Origin: a virus
Taxonomy: Duplodnaviria; Heunggongvirae; Uroviricota; Caudoviricetes
Virus record (IMG/VR): IMGVR_UViG_2706794686_000017
DNA: 40,805 bases
Direction: 5' to 3' (one strand)
This document shows positions 1 through 10,571 of the stretch, piece after piece. The position numbers were made by a program, and so were the translations under genes. Under the pieces are notes generated by a model. That model saw nothing but the letters and a program-made list of their open reading frames with translations. It did not search any database and had not been told where the DNA came from. The number at the start of each line of letters is the position of its first letter. The stretch's first letter is position 1.

Positions 1-90
1 GATGGCATCGATCACACTCAGCAGCTGCGTGGACTTCAGGTTGTCCTTCGCTTCGCGCGGGGTATGCCCCTTACTGCTGCCTTTACCCAT
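1..90 (-). CDS. J: Tail tip / central tail fibre protein J, N-terminal 30 codons only (gene continues past window start)
   Basis: Minus-strand ATG at 90..88 followed by MGKGSSKGHTPREAKDNLKSTQLLSVIDAI, recognised as the lambda J N-terminus; sits directly downstream of I. Confidence 0.8.
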   Translation of the reverse strand, partial: MGKGSSKGHTPREAKDNLKSTQLLSVIDAI

Positions 91-150
91 TCCTCACGCT
101 CCATAAACGACAAAACCGCCCGCAGGCGGTTTCTCATAAAACATTTTGCA

Positions 151-798
151 TCAGCGACCAATCACCACAACCTGACCACCATCCCCTTCGTCTGCCGTGC
201 TGATCTCCTGAGAAACCACACGTGACCCCACGCGCATTTCCCCGTACAGAACAGGCAGAACATTACCCTGGGCAACCATGTTATCCAGTGACGAGAAATA
301 CGTGTTCTGTTTGCCGTTATCTGTACTGGCTGCCGTGGGCGTCCTGGCTTTCGGTGCCAGCATCTGCGCCACACCACCCAGGATCATACTGGCCCCTGCT
401 GCATACATACCCGATACAGCCGCGGCCCCCAGCCAGCCCACAGGGTTCCACCATGCCACCGCAATCAGCGCCGCACCCAGCACCGCCTGAAACACACCGC
501 CACTTTTGGCACCCGCCAGACGCGGAACGATGTGGATCACGGCACCATTTGCCAGCGGTTCATTAAGACGGGCAGATAATTCATTTTCGCCTGCATCACG
601 CCCGGCAATGCGCACCTGATACCAGCCGTCGCTCAGTTTCTGACGAAATGCCGGGAGCTGTGTGGCCAGTGCCCGGATGGCTTCGGCCCCCGTTTTCACA
701 CGAAGGTCGATGCGGCGGCCAAATCGCTGCAAATCCCCGTAAAGGCAGATGCGTGCCATGCCCGGTGACGCCAGAGGGAGTGTGTGCGTCGCTGCCAT
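151..798 (-). CDS. I: Tail assembly protein I
   Basis: 215-aa ORF beginning MAATHTLPLASPGMARICLYGD and ending GDGGQVVVIGR, recognised as lambda gpI; GAGAGAGG ribosome-binding site upstream. Confidence 0.9.
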   Translation of the reverse strand: MAATHTLPLASPGMARICLYGDLQRFGRRIDLRVKTGAEAIRALATQLPAFRQKLSDGWYQVRIAGRDAGENELSARLNEPLANGAVIHIVPRLAGAKSGGVFQAVLGAALIAVAWWNPVGWLGAAAVSGMYAAGASMILGGVAQMLAPKARTPTAASTDNGKQNTYFSSLDNMVAQGNVLPVLYGEMRVGSRVVSQEISTADEGDGGQVVVIGR

Positions 799-1323
799 TT
801 GTCGGTGTACCTCTCTCGTTTGCTCAGTTGTTCAGGAATATGGTGCAGCAGCTCGCCGTCACCACAGTAAATGGCGGCATGATTCGGCACCGATGAACCA
901 AAGCAGCACAGCAGCACATCGCCCGGCTGCGCCGTTGACAACGGCACCTGATACAGCCCTGTAGCCTCCAGATTATCCAGATAGANNNNNNNNNNNNNNN
1001 NNNNNNNNNNNNNNNNNNNNNNNNNNNNNNNNNNNNNNNNNNNNNNNNNNNNNNNNNNNNNNNNNNNNNNNNNNNNNNNNNNNNNNNNNNNNNNNNNNNN
1101 NNNNNNNNNNNNNNNNNNNNNNNNNNNNNNNNNNNNNNNNNNNNNNNNNNNNNNNNNNNNNNNNNNNNNNNNNNNNNNNNNNNNNNNNNNNNNNNNNNNN
1201 NNNNNNNNNNNNNNNNNNNNNNNNNNNNNNNNNNNNNNNNNNNNNNNNCACCACGAAGCCGCACGACTCCGCTGGCGCACATCGCCGGGCGTGCGCCAGA
1301 ATCGCTGATTCTGTCTCTGTCAT
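696..1323 (-). CDS. K: Tail assembly protein K (JAB/MPN N-terminus, NlpC/P60-like C-terminus), interrupted by N-run 986..1248
   Basis: N-terminal MTETESAILAHARRCAPAESCGFVV and C-terminal YLDNLEATGLYQVPLSTAQPGDVLLCCFGSSVPNHAAIYCGDGELLHHIPEQ match lambda gpK as recalled. Frame is not preserved across the N-run, so its length is not reliable. Confidence 0.8.
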
Positions 1324-1327
1324 GGGA

Positions 1328-2026
1328 TTACTGCGAAAGTTTGTTAATGGAAAGGAAGCCGCCAAAGTTGCCGACGTTATTGCGGAACTTACAACCGCTC
1401 AGGCATTTGCTGCATTTATCCTTCGTGATATCGGACGTTGGCTGGTCATATTCATCCGCGACAGCCGGACCGTGATAACCGCACTCATCACCGCGATAGG
1501 TCCAGGTGCAGGTATTAGCAAGCATGATGCGCCCCGGAAAAACAGCGCCGTCCGTTTCCGTCGGCGTGGACAGTACAAAGGAGGCACTGACCGCGCTCAG
1601 TTCGCTGCACTGCTCAATACGCCAGCGGCTGATCACCTCCTGCTCCGGATCGGCGTCACTGTTTCCGTTGACGAAGTTCACCGCATCCAGAAAACGGGCG
1701 TAAACCTTACGCCTGACCACCGTTCCGCCGACCAGACTCTGCAGGTCTTCCGCCATCCCGGTGACCATGCCGTGCAGATTAGAGACTTTCAGCGTTGGCC
1801 TTGCACTGGCACCTTTGCCGTTCATCTCAAATCCACTCCCCTGAATGGGATAGGCCTGATACTGCCGACTCTGCCAGGTGACAGACTCTCCTTTCTCGTT
1901 CTGCTCATTGCAGAAAAAGTAGCGATCCCCGCCTACCTCGGTCAGGTCGATTTCCCAGAGCACCACGCTGGCCGACTGCTCCGCACGAATGCATTCATTC
2001 AGCGTTTCCTGTTGTATGTCCTGCAT
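1328..2026 (-). CDS. L: Minor tail protein L
   Basis: 232-aa ORF MQDIQQETLNECIRAEQSASVVLWEIDLTEVGG..., recognised as lambda gpL, including the Cys-rich C-terminus. Confidence 0.9.
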   Translation of the reverse strand: MQDIQQETLNECIRAEQSASVVLWEIDLTEVGGDRYFFCNEQNEKGESVTWQSRQYQAYPIQGSGFEMNGKGASARPTLKVSNLHGMVTGMAEDLQSLVGGTVVRRKVYARFLDAVNFVNGNSDADPEQEVISRWRIEQCSELSAVSASFVLSTPTETDGAVFPGRIMLANTCTWTYRGDECGYHGPAVADEYDQPTSDITKDKCSKCLSGCKFRNNVGNFGGFLSINKLSQ

Positions 2027-2322
2027 CAGATCACCACTTCGTCAAACTGACACGAAAAATCGGTATAGGTGATATGTTCTGTCGCTGACCACGTTCGACA
2101 CACCACTCTGATTTTTCTGTTAATACCCGGCGGGCGCCAAAAAAAAGATTTATAGCCTTCATGCCGGGCTAAAAATTTTTCAAATGAATCACGTTCATTC
2201 GCCTCAACTTTGAAATCACAGGTGAAAACGCGCAGAGAATGATTAAGTCCATTTGGACTTCGTTGCTCATAACCATCACCAAATCTTACAGTTTTTATCG
2301 ATGGTTTATTTTCTGTTTTCAT
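2026..2322 (-). CDS. M: Minor tail protein M
   Basis: ORF containing VRFGDGYEQR...FFWRPP, lambda gpM-like. ATG at 2322 has a GAGGA ribosome-binding site; an upstream GTG at 2364 would overlap the H stop. Confidence 0.8.
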   Translation of the reverse strand: MKTENKPSIKTVRFGDGYEQRSPNGLNHSLRVFTCDFKVEANERDSFEKFLARHEGYKSFFWRPPGINRKIRVVCRTWSATEHITYTDFSCQFDEVVI

Positions 2323-2356
2323 TCCATCCTCTGGTAACCAGTGAAATTCTTCCGTA

Positions 2357-5300
2357 TTAGCCACTTAACATTCCCCCATCACGTCGCATATTTAACAGAT
2401 TGCCCTGCACCCGCTGATCAACCATCCCCATAAGTGCTTTTATTGCCTGAGGGCCAATCTCTCCATTCTGGCCGTCATTTTGAATAGTGATTTGGTATAC
2501 AGGGGCATAGGTAATATCTCCGCCTCCATTACCACTTTTACTATTAATAGCTCTGACACCAAGAGAACCATCGGAAGTTCGTGTTAATGGCATAATGGCT
2601 TCCGGTCCAGCCTCACCAAAAACACCAGCCCCTTTTGCAAAAGCAAAAAATTGCGGGGAATCATAAATACCGTTCGAATACGTGCTCAATGACGGAGACT
2701 CATAAACACCGCCCTTTGCATTCGGAATAAATTTACTAATAGCACTCCCGATAGTTCCTAAAATCCCCCCAGAAGAACTGTTACTAATGCTGTCGAAAAT
2801 CCCAGTAATTGAAGCCTTTAATGCTATTCGACTAAGATCCGAAATCACGGAAGTAGCGAAAGAACGAAAATTTGCCTTGCCTGTCGTGACAAAATCACCC
2901 AGCGCATCGGTCATCCCATCAAACATCTGAGTCGTGGTTGATTTTATCTGCTCACTGATATCCTTAGTGTCATCCAGCCAGTTATTGAATCCCTGGGAGG
3001 CACCACTAACCCAGTCTCCTGCCTGAATATCGAGCTGCTCGTTTTTCTGTCTGACAATTTCTTTTTCCCGTTCCAGAGCATCATTCAGAGCCTGCATTTT
3101 CTCTTGAAAAACATGATCTGACATTCCACGGGATTTATCTGCATAGTCACGTTCAAGTTGCAGACGCTGATTGTTATATCCATGTTCAATCCGCAGTAAT
3201 TCCTGCTGGCGTTGCTGATTTTTATCGCCAACCCCATAACCAGCAATCTGAATATCATACCCCTGCTGACGATTATCAATCGAAGCCTGCAATGAATCAC
3301 GCCATGCTGTTATTTCGGCGGATTCCTTGATTAGCCTGTTATTTTTTTCAATCGCAACATTTTTCTCCATCAACGTGGTTATTTCTTCCCGGTGTAAGAG
3401 AAGCGATTTCTGATCCTGGGTTAATTTCGATGATGGTCGTGACTCTAGGTCGGCAATCCGCTGACGCCACTTAACCAGTTCCTGTTCAGAGGAACTTAAT
3501 TTAACGGTCAACTCAGCTTGTGAACTTAGTAACGCATTCTGTTGATTCAGATGATCAATCATTCGTTGGGCTGCATCATCAGAATAACCTTTCGCCTTTG
3601 GTTGCTTTGGATCTTTATAACGCTCATTTATTTGAGCGATAAGATTATTATATTCTTCCTTTGAATACTGATTCTTTAGCTTTTCCAGTTTTGCAAGTTC
3701 ACTAGCTCTCTGCTGCTCCCGGGTCTGATATTGTTTTGAAAAGGCATCTGCTCTCTGTCTGAGTTCAATTCCTTCCTGTTGTCGCTTGTTGTAATCGTTT
3801 ATTGATGAATTTAGTACGTCCTGAGCAATTTTTTCTGCTTGAAGTACGCCCAATTGCTGCTTTAATCGTGCCAGCCTTTTATTTTGAGCTCCGCCATCTC
3901 CAATGCCACCTAACCCGAAAACTCCGGGTCGGGTATTTTTTTCTATTTCATCAATTTGACGGAGAACATCTGAGATTTTTTGATCAAGGGAGGCCTCACG
4001 GCCAATATCCAGCATGGAATCCCATGCCCATTTTGCGGAGTCTGCGACAGCTTTCCATGCAGTCTCAAGATAACCAAGATTTTCTTTAATCTGGTTGGTG
4101 CGCTGGATCATTGAGGATGAGTATTCTTCTGTCGCAATGCGGGCGGCCTCCTGCTGGTTCCCTTCATCCTGTAGCGCCTTAATCTGGTTATAAGTCGCAA
4201 GTGTCAGAAAATGGTACTGATCATTAAGTTTTGATATGGCACTGACAGGATCCTTTGCAATTTCATTGAAGTCATTAACCAGTTGTTCGGTTGATATTCC
4301 TGTTACTTCGCTCGTTTTTACTATCGCTGTCGTCACTTGCTCCAGCGAACTGCTCGCTACCTTTCCCGAACGCACAAGCTGATTTAATACTGCCGCCGCA
4401 GCACCAGTTGTCGAATCAGCCGCATTCCCGGCACGTTGAGCTATATCGCCCAATTGCCCGCTGGTTGTCCCCAACTGATTTCCGGTAAGAATAAGAGATT
4501 TATTAAATTCGTCCTGCTCCTGAGAGCCTTTATAGTAAGCCAGTCCTAAGACCCCAACGGCTGCTGCGGCCAGGGTAAAAGGATTAATTAATCCCAGCAC
4601 ATAAGAACCTACACCTTTGATCGCCGGGCCAATCCCACCGAACATATCTTTTAGCTGGCCGCCCTGCTGCATTAACACCATAAATGGCGACTGACCAGTG
4701 GACAACCCAACAACAATATCCGTCATTTGTACAGGCAACATGCGCATAGCAAAAGCCGTTTGTTTTGCCGACATTCCGGTTTTGCTTAATTGTGATTGAG
4801 TAACCTCAAGCTCACTCCGCATAGCACGAAGTTTTCCAGAAAGCTCCTCATACATTTCAGGAGAAAGCATCCCCTTAGCTTTTGCTTCATTGAGCTGTTT
4901 CTGTTGTTCTACCAGACGATTAAAAGCAGTTCCGACAGGATCAAGTTGAGCAATCAGACGTTGCAAAGCAACAACCTGTTCATCATGCGCTTTTGCTGCT
5001 TCTCGCTCTGCCTGAGCCTCTCCGGTAAGCTCTCGCCGTGTTTCCTGTATTTTTCGGCTATAATTCTCAAACTGAGAACCATTTATTTTCCCGGATGCAA
5101 ACGCAGCATTAAGTTCATCATGCTGTTGTTCAAGATTTCTTAGCGCCGCAGCCAGAGGGTCGATCTTGTCCAGCATTCTTTGAAAGGCCTGAGCCTGCGC
5201 TTCCTGCTGGGCGGCAGCAAGTTTTCCGGCCTTCTCGGCTTCTCTCTGCGCTTGCGCAACCCCGCTCAATTCCTCTGTGGTTTCATTAAGTTTACGGACA

Positions 5301-5590
5301 AGAAATTCATATTCTTCTTTATCAATAAGCCCTTTATCGAAAAATTTCTTTAATTCAGAATAGCGTCGACCGACAGTATCAATTGCGGCACCAACTGGAT
5401 CAATAGCTGCTTTTAATTTTGCGAGCGCGTTCTTCTCATCTTCTGTTGCCTTAGTCACTTTCCCTGCGCTATTTGCAGCAGTTTCCCCAGCCTGCGTCAT
5501 TTTGACTAATGAGGAGGTCAGATTGTCAGCATTATTTTTCGCTCCAGTGCTATCAATAATTATTGCGAGACGCGAGGTTTGCTCTGCCAT
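2357..5590 (-). CDS. H: Tail tape measure protein (1077 aa)
   Basis: Very long ORF with a coiled-coil-rich N-terminal half and Gly-rich C-terminus, positioned between G/GT and M as in lambda. Confidence 0.85.
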   Translation of the reverse strand: MAEQTSRLAIIIDSTGAKNNADNLTSSLVKMTQAGETAANSAGKVTKATEDEKNALAKLKAAIDPVGAAIDTVGRRYSELKKFFDKGLIDKEEYEFLVRKLNETTEELSGVAQAQREAEKAGKLAAAQQEAQAQAFQRMLDKIDPLAAALRNLEQQHDELNAAFASGKINGSQFENYSRKIQETRRELTGEAQAEREAAKAHDEQVVALQRLIAQLDPVGTAFNRLVEQQKQLNEAKAKGMLSPEMYEELSGKLRAMRSELEVTQSQLSKTGMSAKQTAFAMRMLPVQMTDIVVGLSTGQSPFMVLMQQGGQLKDMFGGIGPAIKGVGSYVLGLINPFTLAAAAVGVLGLAYYKGSQEQDEFNKSLILTGNQLGTTSGQLGDIAQRAGNAADSTTGAAAAVLNQLVRSGKVASSSLEQVTTAIVKTSEVTGISTEQLVNDFNEIAKDPVSAISKLNDQYHFLTLATYNQIKALQDEGNQQEAARIATEEYSSSMIQRTNQIKENLGYLETAWKAVADSAKWAWDSMLDIGREASLDQKISDVLRQIDEIEKNTRPGVFGLGGIGDGGAQNKRLARLKQQLGVLQAEKIAQDVLNSSINDYNKRQQEGIELRQRADAFSKQYQTREQQRASELAKLEKLKNQYSKEEYNNLIAQINERYKDPKQPKAKGYSDDAAQRMIDHLNQQNALLSSQAELTVKLSSSEQELVKWRQRIADLESRPSSKLTQDQKSLLLHREEITTLMEKNVAIEKNNRLIKESAEITAWRDSLQASIDNRQQGYDIQIAGYGVGDKNQQRQQELLRIEHGYNNQRLQLERDYADKSRGMSDHVFQEKMQALNDALEREKEIVRQKNEQLDIQAGDWVSGASQGFNNWLDDTKDISEQIKSTTTQMFDGMTDALGDFVTTGKANFRSFATSVISDLSRIALKASITGIFDSISNSSSGGILGTIGSAISKFIPNAKGGVYESPSLSTYSNGIYDSPQFFAFAKGAGVFGEAGPEAIMPLTRTSDGSLGVRAINSKSGNGGGDITYAPVYQITIQNDGQNGEIGPQAIKALMGMVDQRVQGNLLNMRRDGGMLSG

Positions 5591-5604
5591 TTATTAAAAC
5601 TCCT

Positions 5605-5634
5605 GACAACAAAAAACCCACCGCGAAGTGGGTT
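5605..5634 (-). terminator. Terminator-like hairpin with U-run immediately upstream of the tape measure start
   Basis: Minus strand reads AAACCCAC-ttcgcg-GTGGGTTT followed by TTTTTT, then gttgtcaggag and the H ATG. Confidence 0.35.
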
Positions 5635-5755
5635 TCAGGCGACATAATAGTAGATATAGCGATTACGAGGCCACGCAATGCTTTTCTCCAGGAGCATCAT
5701 CGATTTAATTAAAGACACCATCACATCTCTGTAACAGAGTGTACGTAATTAACAA

Positions 5756-6525
5756 CTACACACACTGCTCCTGAAAATACTGGTCATCCAGTGCAAAGAT
5801 CACTGCTTCAAATTCATCGCGCTCAATCAATACCGGATGAGTGGCTAAATATTCATTTATCTCTGTCAGAGATAAAGGCAAAGGCACCCCAGCCATTCCA
5901 GCATAACGTCGGGCACGGGATATTACCGAATAGGCGTACAACAACTCCTTAAGCACCGGGTCTATTTCTGGTTCCGGTATCGGTGGCAACCTGAGTTTTT
6001 CTCGCTTCCATCTTGCCTTTTCCCCCCTTTCTCCCCCGAACTCCGATAACCACCGCTGGGCAGCTATGGCTTTTTTATCGTATCCTGCTTCTGCTGCTCT
6101 TTACCCTGGGCGATGCTGGCTGCTTCTGCAAGGATCTGCCAGTACAACTCTGGATTCTGCTTAAGCAGCGCGATCCCTCGTTCTGCCGTATATTCCAGTG
6201 CAACCTCAACACCATTAACCAGTTCACCAACCCCTTTCCAGTCTTTCAGCAGATAACGAGCGGCATTATCAATGAGTAAATCATCAACAGAATCCACCTC
6301 GGAAACCTTTGAAATATCAAACTCCTTCGTTCCGACGTGCAAACTGGCATCCATTTTCTCAATGTGGCGACGGATTAATGCATTACGGGAGCGATACTGA
6401 TCGTTATCGCTGCTTGCCACCAACAGTTTTAACCCGTCTACAGGTTTTAAGTCCTTCATTGGCGTAAACCAGCGTTCTCCACCAATGATAATTTTCTGAT
6501 TAAGAATAAACATCCATAACCTCAT
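5756..6525 (-). CDS. GT: Tail assembly chaperone G-T fusion produced by programmed -1 frameshift
   Basis: G ORF ends ...DTIKKP* with codons ATA AAA AAG CCA TAG; the -1 frame from that heptamer continues in frame into the 5756..5989 ORF (LPPIPEPEIDPVL...). Confidence 0.6.
6064..6525 (-). CDS. G: Tail assembly chaperone G
   Basis: 153-aa acidic ORF between major tail gene and tape measure; ends at the slippery site. Confidence 0.75.
   Translation of the reverse strand: MRLWMFILNQKIIIGGERWFTPMKDLKPVDGLKLLVASSDNDQYRSRNALIRRHIEKMDASLHVGTKEFDISKVSEVDSVDDLLIDNAARYLLKDWKGVGELVNGVEVALEYTAERGIALLKQNPELYWQILAEAASIAQGKEQQKQDTIKKP
6070..6076 (-). other. Slippery heptamer A-AAA-AAG for -1 ribosomal frameshifting (G to GT)
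   Basis: Minus-strand AAAAAAG sits directly before the G stop codon and matches the X-XXY-YYZ pattern. Confidence 0.6.
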
Positions 6526-6573
6526 TCAATGCGTCCCCCTGTAGGGCAGTACCACAGGAGGAATAACGGAAAA

Positions 6574-7536
6574 TCAACTAATCGCCTCAGCACTGGCTTT
6601 TGCGATCACGGCAGCCGGGGAATTTTTTTTTCTGGTTATCGTAGGTGCTTCATCTGCTGCGGTAATGCTCAATTGAACCTGGATAATGTCGCTATTACCC
6701 CCATCAGGCCATTCACCTGACACCTGAACCTTCGGGAAACTGAAAGTGTATGCCCCCTCTCCATTCGAAAGCGTGAAGCTGAACGGAACTGTTTCTCCAG
6801 TCAGTGTTTTACTCCAGATTTCCCACGCGGCTTTAGACCATGAAAGCGTCACCGTACCGGACGGTGTAAAAGTAGTCGGAATATTTGCTCCTGCATAAGG
6901 CGAGCCAGTCCCGATACAACGCTGTGTCTGGAGTTTGTTATCGAACTGAATATCAAAACTGTCGATACAAAAACCGTTACCTCCGGCAACACCATTCAGG
7001 CTTACTGCTGAAACCTCCTTAAACGAATAACGTAGCTTTCCTGCACTATCCACAGGTTCGCCTTTGATAAAATTCGTATCATCGGCCTTTGATTCCCAGT
7101 CCAGTCCGGCAAAGGTTACGGTCGCTGTAATATCGCCGTCGTTAGGGATCTGCATTTTCCATGAGCCAACCTGCGCTCCTCTGACGACAGAGGCAATTCC
7201 GACATCGGACGCATAGGTCGCCAGAGAAAATGTTATTCGCTCATTCCCCATTGTCAGAGAATCGCCTGACCATTCCGCGCCGAAACAGGATGCAAGAAAA
7301 TCATCATGTTGACCCCAGCGAAATTTGGTACCAACATCACCGCCGACATCCACAGTGCCAGGCGTCGCCCCCTGAGCCATCCGGGAGCCACCAATCTCAT
7401 TATTTTCGCCTTTATTCTGGGTGGGTTTTACTCCCCAGCTTGTGCGTTTTAATAAACTCCAGTCACCACTTGCTGGCGTAGTGCCTGCAACCGTCTCCCG
7501 GATAAATGCCGAGATAACCTTTGCACCTGAACTCAC
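6574..7536 (-). CDS. V: Major tail protein with C-terminal Ig-like extension
   Basis: 320-aa Ser/Thr/Gly-rich ORF immediately upstream of G/GT, the usual major tail position. Confidence 0.7.
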   Translation of the reverse strand: MSSGAKVISAFIRETVAGTTPASGDWSLLKRTSWGVKPTQNKGENNEIGGSRMAQGATPGTVDVGGDVGTKFRWGQHDDFLASCFGAEWSGDSLTMGNERITFSLATYASDVGIASVVRGAQVGSWKMQIPNDGDITATVTFAGLDWESKADDTNFIKGEPVDSAGKLRYSFKEVSAVSLNGVAGGNGFCIDSFDIQFDNKLQTQRCIGTGSPYAGANIPTTFTPSGTVTLSWSKAAWEIWSKTLTGETVPFSFTLSNGEGAYTFSFPKVQVSGEWPDGGNSDIIQVQLSITAADEAPTITRKKNSPAAVIAKASAEAIS

Positions 7537-7562
7537 AGGAGCCTCCTATGTCATTAATTGCG

Positions 7563-7955
7563 CTAGAGCGCGCGATATGGAATTTGAAGATTAAGCTGGA
7601 ACCAGCCATTCTTTTCGCCAACGGCTATTGAGGAAACAGCCTGGTAACTGAGACGATCGTCATCCTGAAACTCAAACAGTTCCCGCAATTTATCGGCTGT
7701 CTCAGTAATGAGTTTTGAACCAGAACCTGCGGGGACAAATAACTGAATAATGATTATCCCCGTGCGATAAACAACCGGCCCCGCGCCAATTTCATTAACT
7801 CCAGCCTGCCCGGGAATATTACTTAACCGCGCCCAGATTAACTTACCGGAAGGATCGAACGTTGGCCCGTTCGGATACAATACGTCTTTTCCATCAATAA
7901 TCGTCTGTGCCGTCATTCTGGAAATAACCGTATTTCTGATTTCAGTAAACTTCAT
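7563..7955 (-). CDS. Tail completion / tail terminator protein (gpU-like position)
   Basis: 130-aa ORF between the HK97 gp10-like gene and the major tail gene; assigned by position and size. Confidence 0.5.
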   Translation of the reverse strand: MKFTEIRNTVISRMTAQTIIDGKDVLYPNGPTFDPSGKLIWARLSNIPGQAGVNEIGAGPVVYRTGIIIIQLFVPAGSGSKLITETADKLRELFEFQDDDRLSYQAVSSIAVGEKNGWFQLNLQIPYRAL

Positions 7956-8332
7956 TTGTAAGCCTGTAAAACACCATGAAAAGCGTTGGCATACACGCCA
8001 GTTGGCGCTTGTTGTGAATGACCGTTTTCAAGAGCCTCTGCATAAGGAAGGTTATTCTGGATATAAATAACCCCGTAATTTGCAGCTTTCGAAATAACCC
8101 CGATCCCACGCTGAACAGCAATCGTACCGTTCGGATCCACGTTATCAGATATACCAAAATCGGGATGCTGTAACGACACCAGGTTGTTATTTCTGAAACG
8201 TCCGGTATCAACCGGAGCAGCAATATCAATAGCAGTAAGAATCTGCATAGCGATGTAGCGAATCTTCAGCCCTACATCTTCCTCAATCATCCCGGCAAAT
8301 ATTGACGGTTCTATATCCCATGCCTTTGCCAT
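7952..8332 (-). CDS. HK97 gp10-family neck / tail component
   Basis: 126-aa ORF with a PVDTGRFRNNN motif typical of the HK97 gp10 family as recalled. Confidence 0.55.
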   Translation of the reverse strand: MAKAWDIEPSIFAGMIEEDVGLKIRYIAMQILTAIDIAAPVDTGRFRNNNLVSLQHPDFGISDNVDPNGTIAVQRGIGVISKAANYGVIYIQNNLPYAEALENGHSQQAPTGVYANAFHGVLQAYK

Positions 8333-8716
8333 TTACGCTCTCCTTAACTGGATAGAGTAAACTGATGCGGAAGGATCTACACTTGCTGTAATTACCTCGT
8401 ATCGTTGTAACTGCCTTGATACAGGATCATAAATCTCAATAATATGGTCGACAGCTGGTTTATCCGTAACCTCGCATACCAGAGCGGTTAATTTAAGGTC
8501 ACCATGCAAAATATTAATCCCATCAATTCTGCCCAGCTTATAACGTGTCAACACGCCTCGCCCGGTATAGATTGCGGTTGATTCGCCGCCAGTTTCCGTC
8601 ACAGGATCCCAGTGCCGGTGCGTAACGTAAGAACCAGAAAAATCACTCACGGCGTCCGCTAAATCCTCATCAAAAGCAGCGGCAACCTCTGACTGAATCT
8701 CTTCACGAAGCCCCAT
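8333..8716 (-). CDS. Head-tail joining (head closure) protein
   Basis: 127-aa ORF between connector and neck genes; assigned by synteny. Confidence 0.5.
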   Translation of the reverse strand: MGLREEIQSEVAAAFDEDLADAVSDFSGSYVTHRHWDPVTETGGESTAIYTGRGVLTRYKLGRIDGINILHGDLKLTALVCEVTDKPAVDHIIEIYDPVSRQLQRYEVITASVDPSASVYSIQLRRA

Positions 8717-9111
8717 TATCCCCCCCTCACAACCCTGACTTGTGAGCGACTAAGTCCGTACGGTTTCAGCAGTGCTATCGCAAGCTGTAAATCGGGTTCA
8801 AGCAATGCAGTGCTGTTTGCTGGCAACTCAGAAAATGATTTCGATACACTGACCCCGTCAGCCGACACGGCTTTACTGATAACAACGCCAGAATCATTTT
8901 TCTGCTGAAACAACTTACCGAATGAGGCAATTCTGGCTGCATATGCTCCCGCAAGTTTTACCTCTTCCGGAATACGGGATGGGTTAATTTTCAGGTTGAA
9001 GCCATTAAGCCAGGCATTAGCCATTAAAACAGCTTTATTTTTAGCGTTCTCACTCGTCCAGGCGTTCCCAAACGCATTATCAACGTCATCACAGGTCACG
9101 TAAGTGATCAT
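8716..9111 (-). CDS. Head-tail connector / adaptor protein (gp6-like)
   Basis: 131-aa ORF starting MITYVTCDDV, located downstream of the major capsid gene. Confidence 0.55.
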   Translation of the reverse strand: MITYVTCDDVDNAFGNAWTSENAKNKAVLMANAWLNGFNLKINPSRIPEEVKLAGAYAARIASFGKLFQQKNDSGVVISKAVSADGVSVSKSFSELPANSTALLEPDLQLAIALLKPYGLSRSQVRVVRGG

Positions 9112-9114
9112 GTG

Positions 9115-9291
9115 TTACTCCTGAGTTTTCCAGCCCATAGCCTTCCAGTTGTCAACTTCATCAGGATGAACATTAGCGATAGTTGGTGCGCCGGGAAACA
9201 TCTGATAATCGGTCACCATAACCACTAACTCAATTTGCGTTTTTTGTGCGGCTTCACGCTGTGCTCTTTGCTCTTTAGTTAATCCGGCCAT
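9115..9291 (-). CDS. Small hypothetical protein (58 aa) between capsid and connector
   Basis: ATG at 9291 preceded by GGGGGG; translation MAGLTKEQRAQREAAQKTQIELVVMVTDYQMFPGAPTIANVHPDEVDNWKAMGWKTQE. Below the ORF-track size cutoff. Confidence 0.4.
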   Translation of the reverse strand: MAGLTKEQRAQREAAQKTQIELVVMVTDYQMFPGAPTIANVHPDEVDNWKAMGWKTQE

Positions 9292-9300
9292 ATGCCCCCC

Positions 9301-9325
9301 ATTAAAAATGGGGCCGAAGCCCCGT
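9301..9325 (-). terminator. Rho-independent terminator after the major capsid gene
   Basis: Minus strand GGGGC-ttcg-GCCCC hairpin followed by ATTTTTAA, 10 nt after the capsid stop codon. Confidence 0.6.
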
Positions 9326-9333
9326 TTGAATGT

Positions 9334-10473
9334 TTAACCAAGAATCAGACAACCATGTGCCGGCTTCACTGATGAAACACCCCATGCCAGTCCAACTTCA
9401 TAGCGCACCTGGCGATACTGACGATACAGTGCAATCTGGAACGTAATCCCTGAAATCGGGTCCGTAACATTCATTACATCATCAGCATTATCGCCACCTT
9501 CCGGCATTGCCGGAGTACGGGATGCCAGCAGAAACGCGTTGCGATCAAACGCCATATTTGCAGTAAAGGCCCCAACAACTGTGATGGCAGTATCATCGGC
9601 CAGATCCTGACGCAGTCCGGGCGCTGCAAGAGTAATCAGATTGCTGGTCGCTGCTGCCACAACATACTGATTCGGATCACCAGCGAACGTAACAATCTGA
9701 CCTGCAGAAATACTCCCCGAACCAGTATCAATGGAAATAAGAACATCGCCTTCTTTTTTCTCTCCATTCACGAGATAACCAGTTGCAGCAACCTTTGGCG
9801 CTCGTTTCACACCTGCCGAACTGTGAATATTGAATCCCTCCAGACGCCCCAACACGCCCTCACGCAGTAGCTGTTCAGTGCCGGATTCATTCACTTTAAA
9901 CAATACAGACTGTTTTCCGCGCAAATTAGCAATGGCAGTGGAGCCAAGCACCATCTGCAGATCGGTTGTCGGTGCGCCGTTATCCTCCAGAACCTGACGA
10001 GCCAGAGCAGCATCAGAAAGATCATCTTTAACACCAAACGGCGTTGTCCCTGCGGTTCCCACGGCGCGGGAAGCACCGAAATACAACGCACCAAGATCAG
10101 CCTCAACCTCGTTTGCAAGGGCGCGAAAAGCCTGCTTGAACTGATCAGCCAGAATGGTGTTGTAAGTCCCTGAAGGGCCAAGAGCCAGTTGTTCTTCACC
10201 ATTCCATTTAACCGGTGCCATTTTGGATTTAGTAATTTTTACATCAACAGTGCCAATATTTTGATCACCGGTATTCGGAGCTGACGGCCCCGGTACGATA
10301 TCTTCGGTTTTCGCCTCAGGCGCAACTGGCGCGGTTACCGTCTGATCTTTTGCTGCGGCGTCAGCTTTTGCGTTTTTTGCTACCGCAGGGATAAAACCTA
10401 CCTGCTCACGGGATACAACATCCAGGGCGGTATAAATAGTCGGGATCAACCCGGTCAGGGTATTTCCAGCCAT
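9334..10473 (-). CDS. Major capsid protein
   Basis: 379 aa from ATG at 10473 (AAGGAA ribosome-binding site), MAGNTLTGLIPTIY...; located after the scaffold gene and followed by a strong terminator. Confidence 0.75.
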   Translation of the reverse strand: MAGNTLTGLIPTIYTALDVVSREQVGFIPAVAKNAKADAAAKDQTVTAPVAPEAKTEDIVPGPSAPNTGDQNIGTVDVKITKSKMAPVKWNGEEQLALGPSGTYNTILADQFKQAFRALANEVEADLGALYFGASRAVGTAGTTPFGVKDDLSDAALARQVLEDNGAPTTDLQMVLGSTAIANLRGKQSVLFKVNESGTEQLLREGVLGRLEGFNIHSSAGVKRAPKVAATGYLVNGEKKEGDVLISIDTGSGSISAGQIVTFAGDPNQYVVAAATSNLITLAAPGLRQDLADDTAITVVGAFTANMAFDRNAFLLASRTPAMPEGGDNADDVMNVTDPISGITFQIALYRQYRQVRYEVGLAWGVSSVKPAHGCLILG

Positions 10474-10571
10474 AATTAAATATTCCTTAAAAATTTGCGT
10501 AATTGTGAATAGATGGAGTAATGAGCTATCCAGCCCTGACACCAGCTCCCATCCGGAAGCTGACAAATGTG

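Noticed and set aside
696-798. Apparent 103-nt overlap between the end of K and the start of I.
   Set aside because: Both frames are open and both products are recognisable, so the overlap is probably real translational overlap and not a frameshift or pseudogene; I recall a shorter overlap in lambda but cannot verify it.
1322-2050. 242-aa plus-strand ORF overlapping gene L.
   Set aside because: It is antisense to a well-supported L gene whose product I recognise, and it has no ribosome-binding site.
3085-5143. Several 60 to 115-aa ORFs inside the tape measure gene (3085..3300, 3802..4089, 4291..4488, 4796..5143).
   Set aside because: All lie within or antisense to the 1077-codon tape measure ORF; they are low-complexity frames expected by chance in a long repetitive gene.
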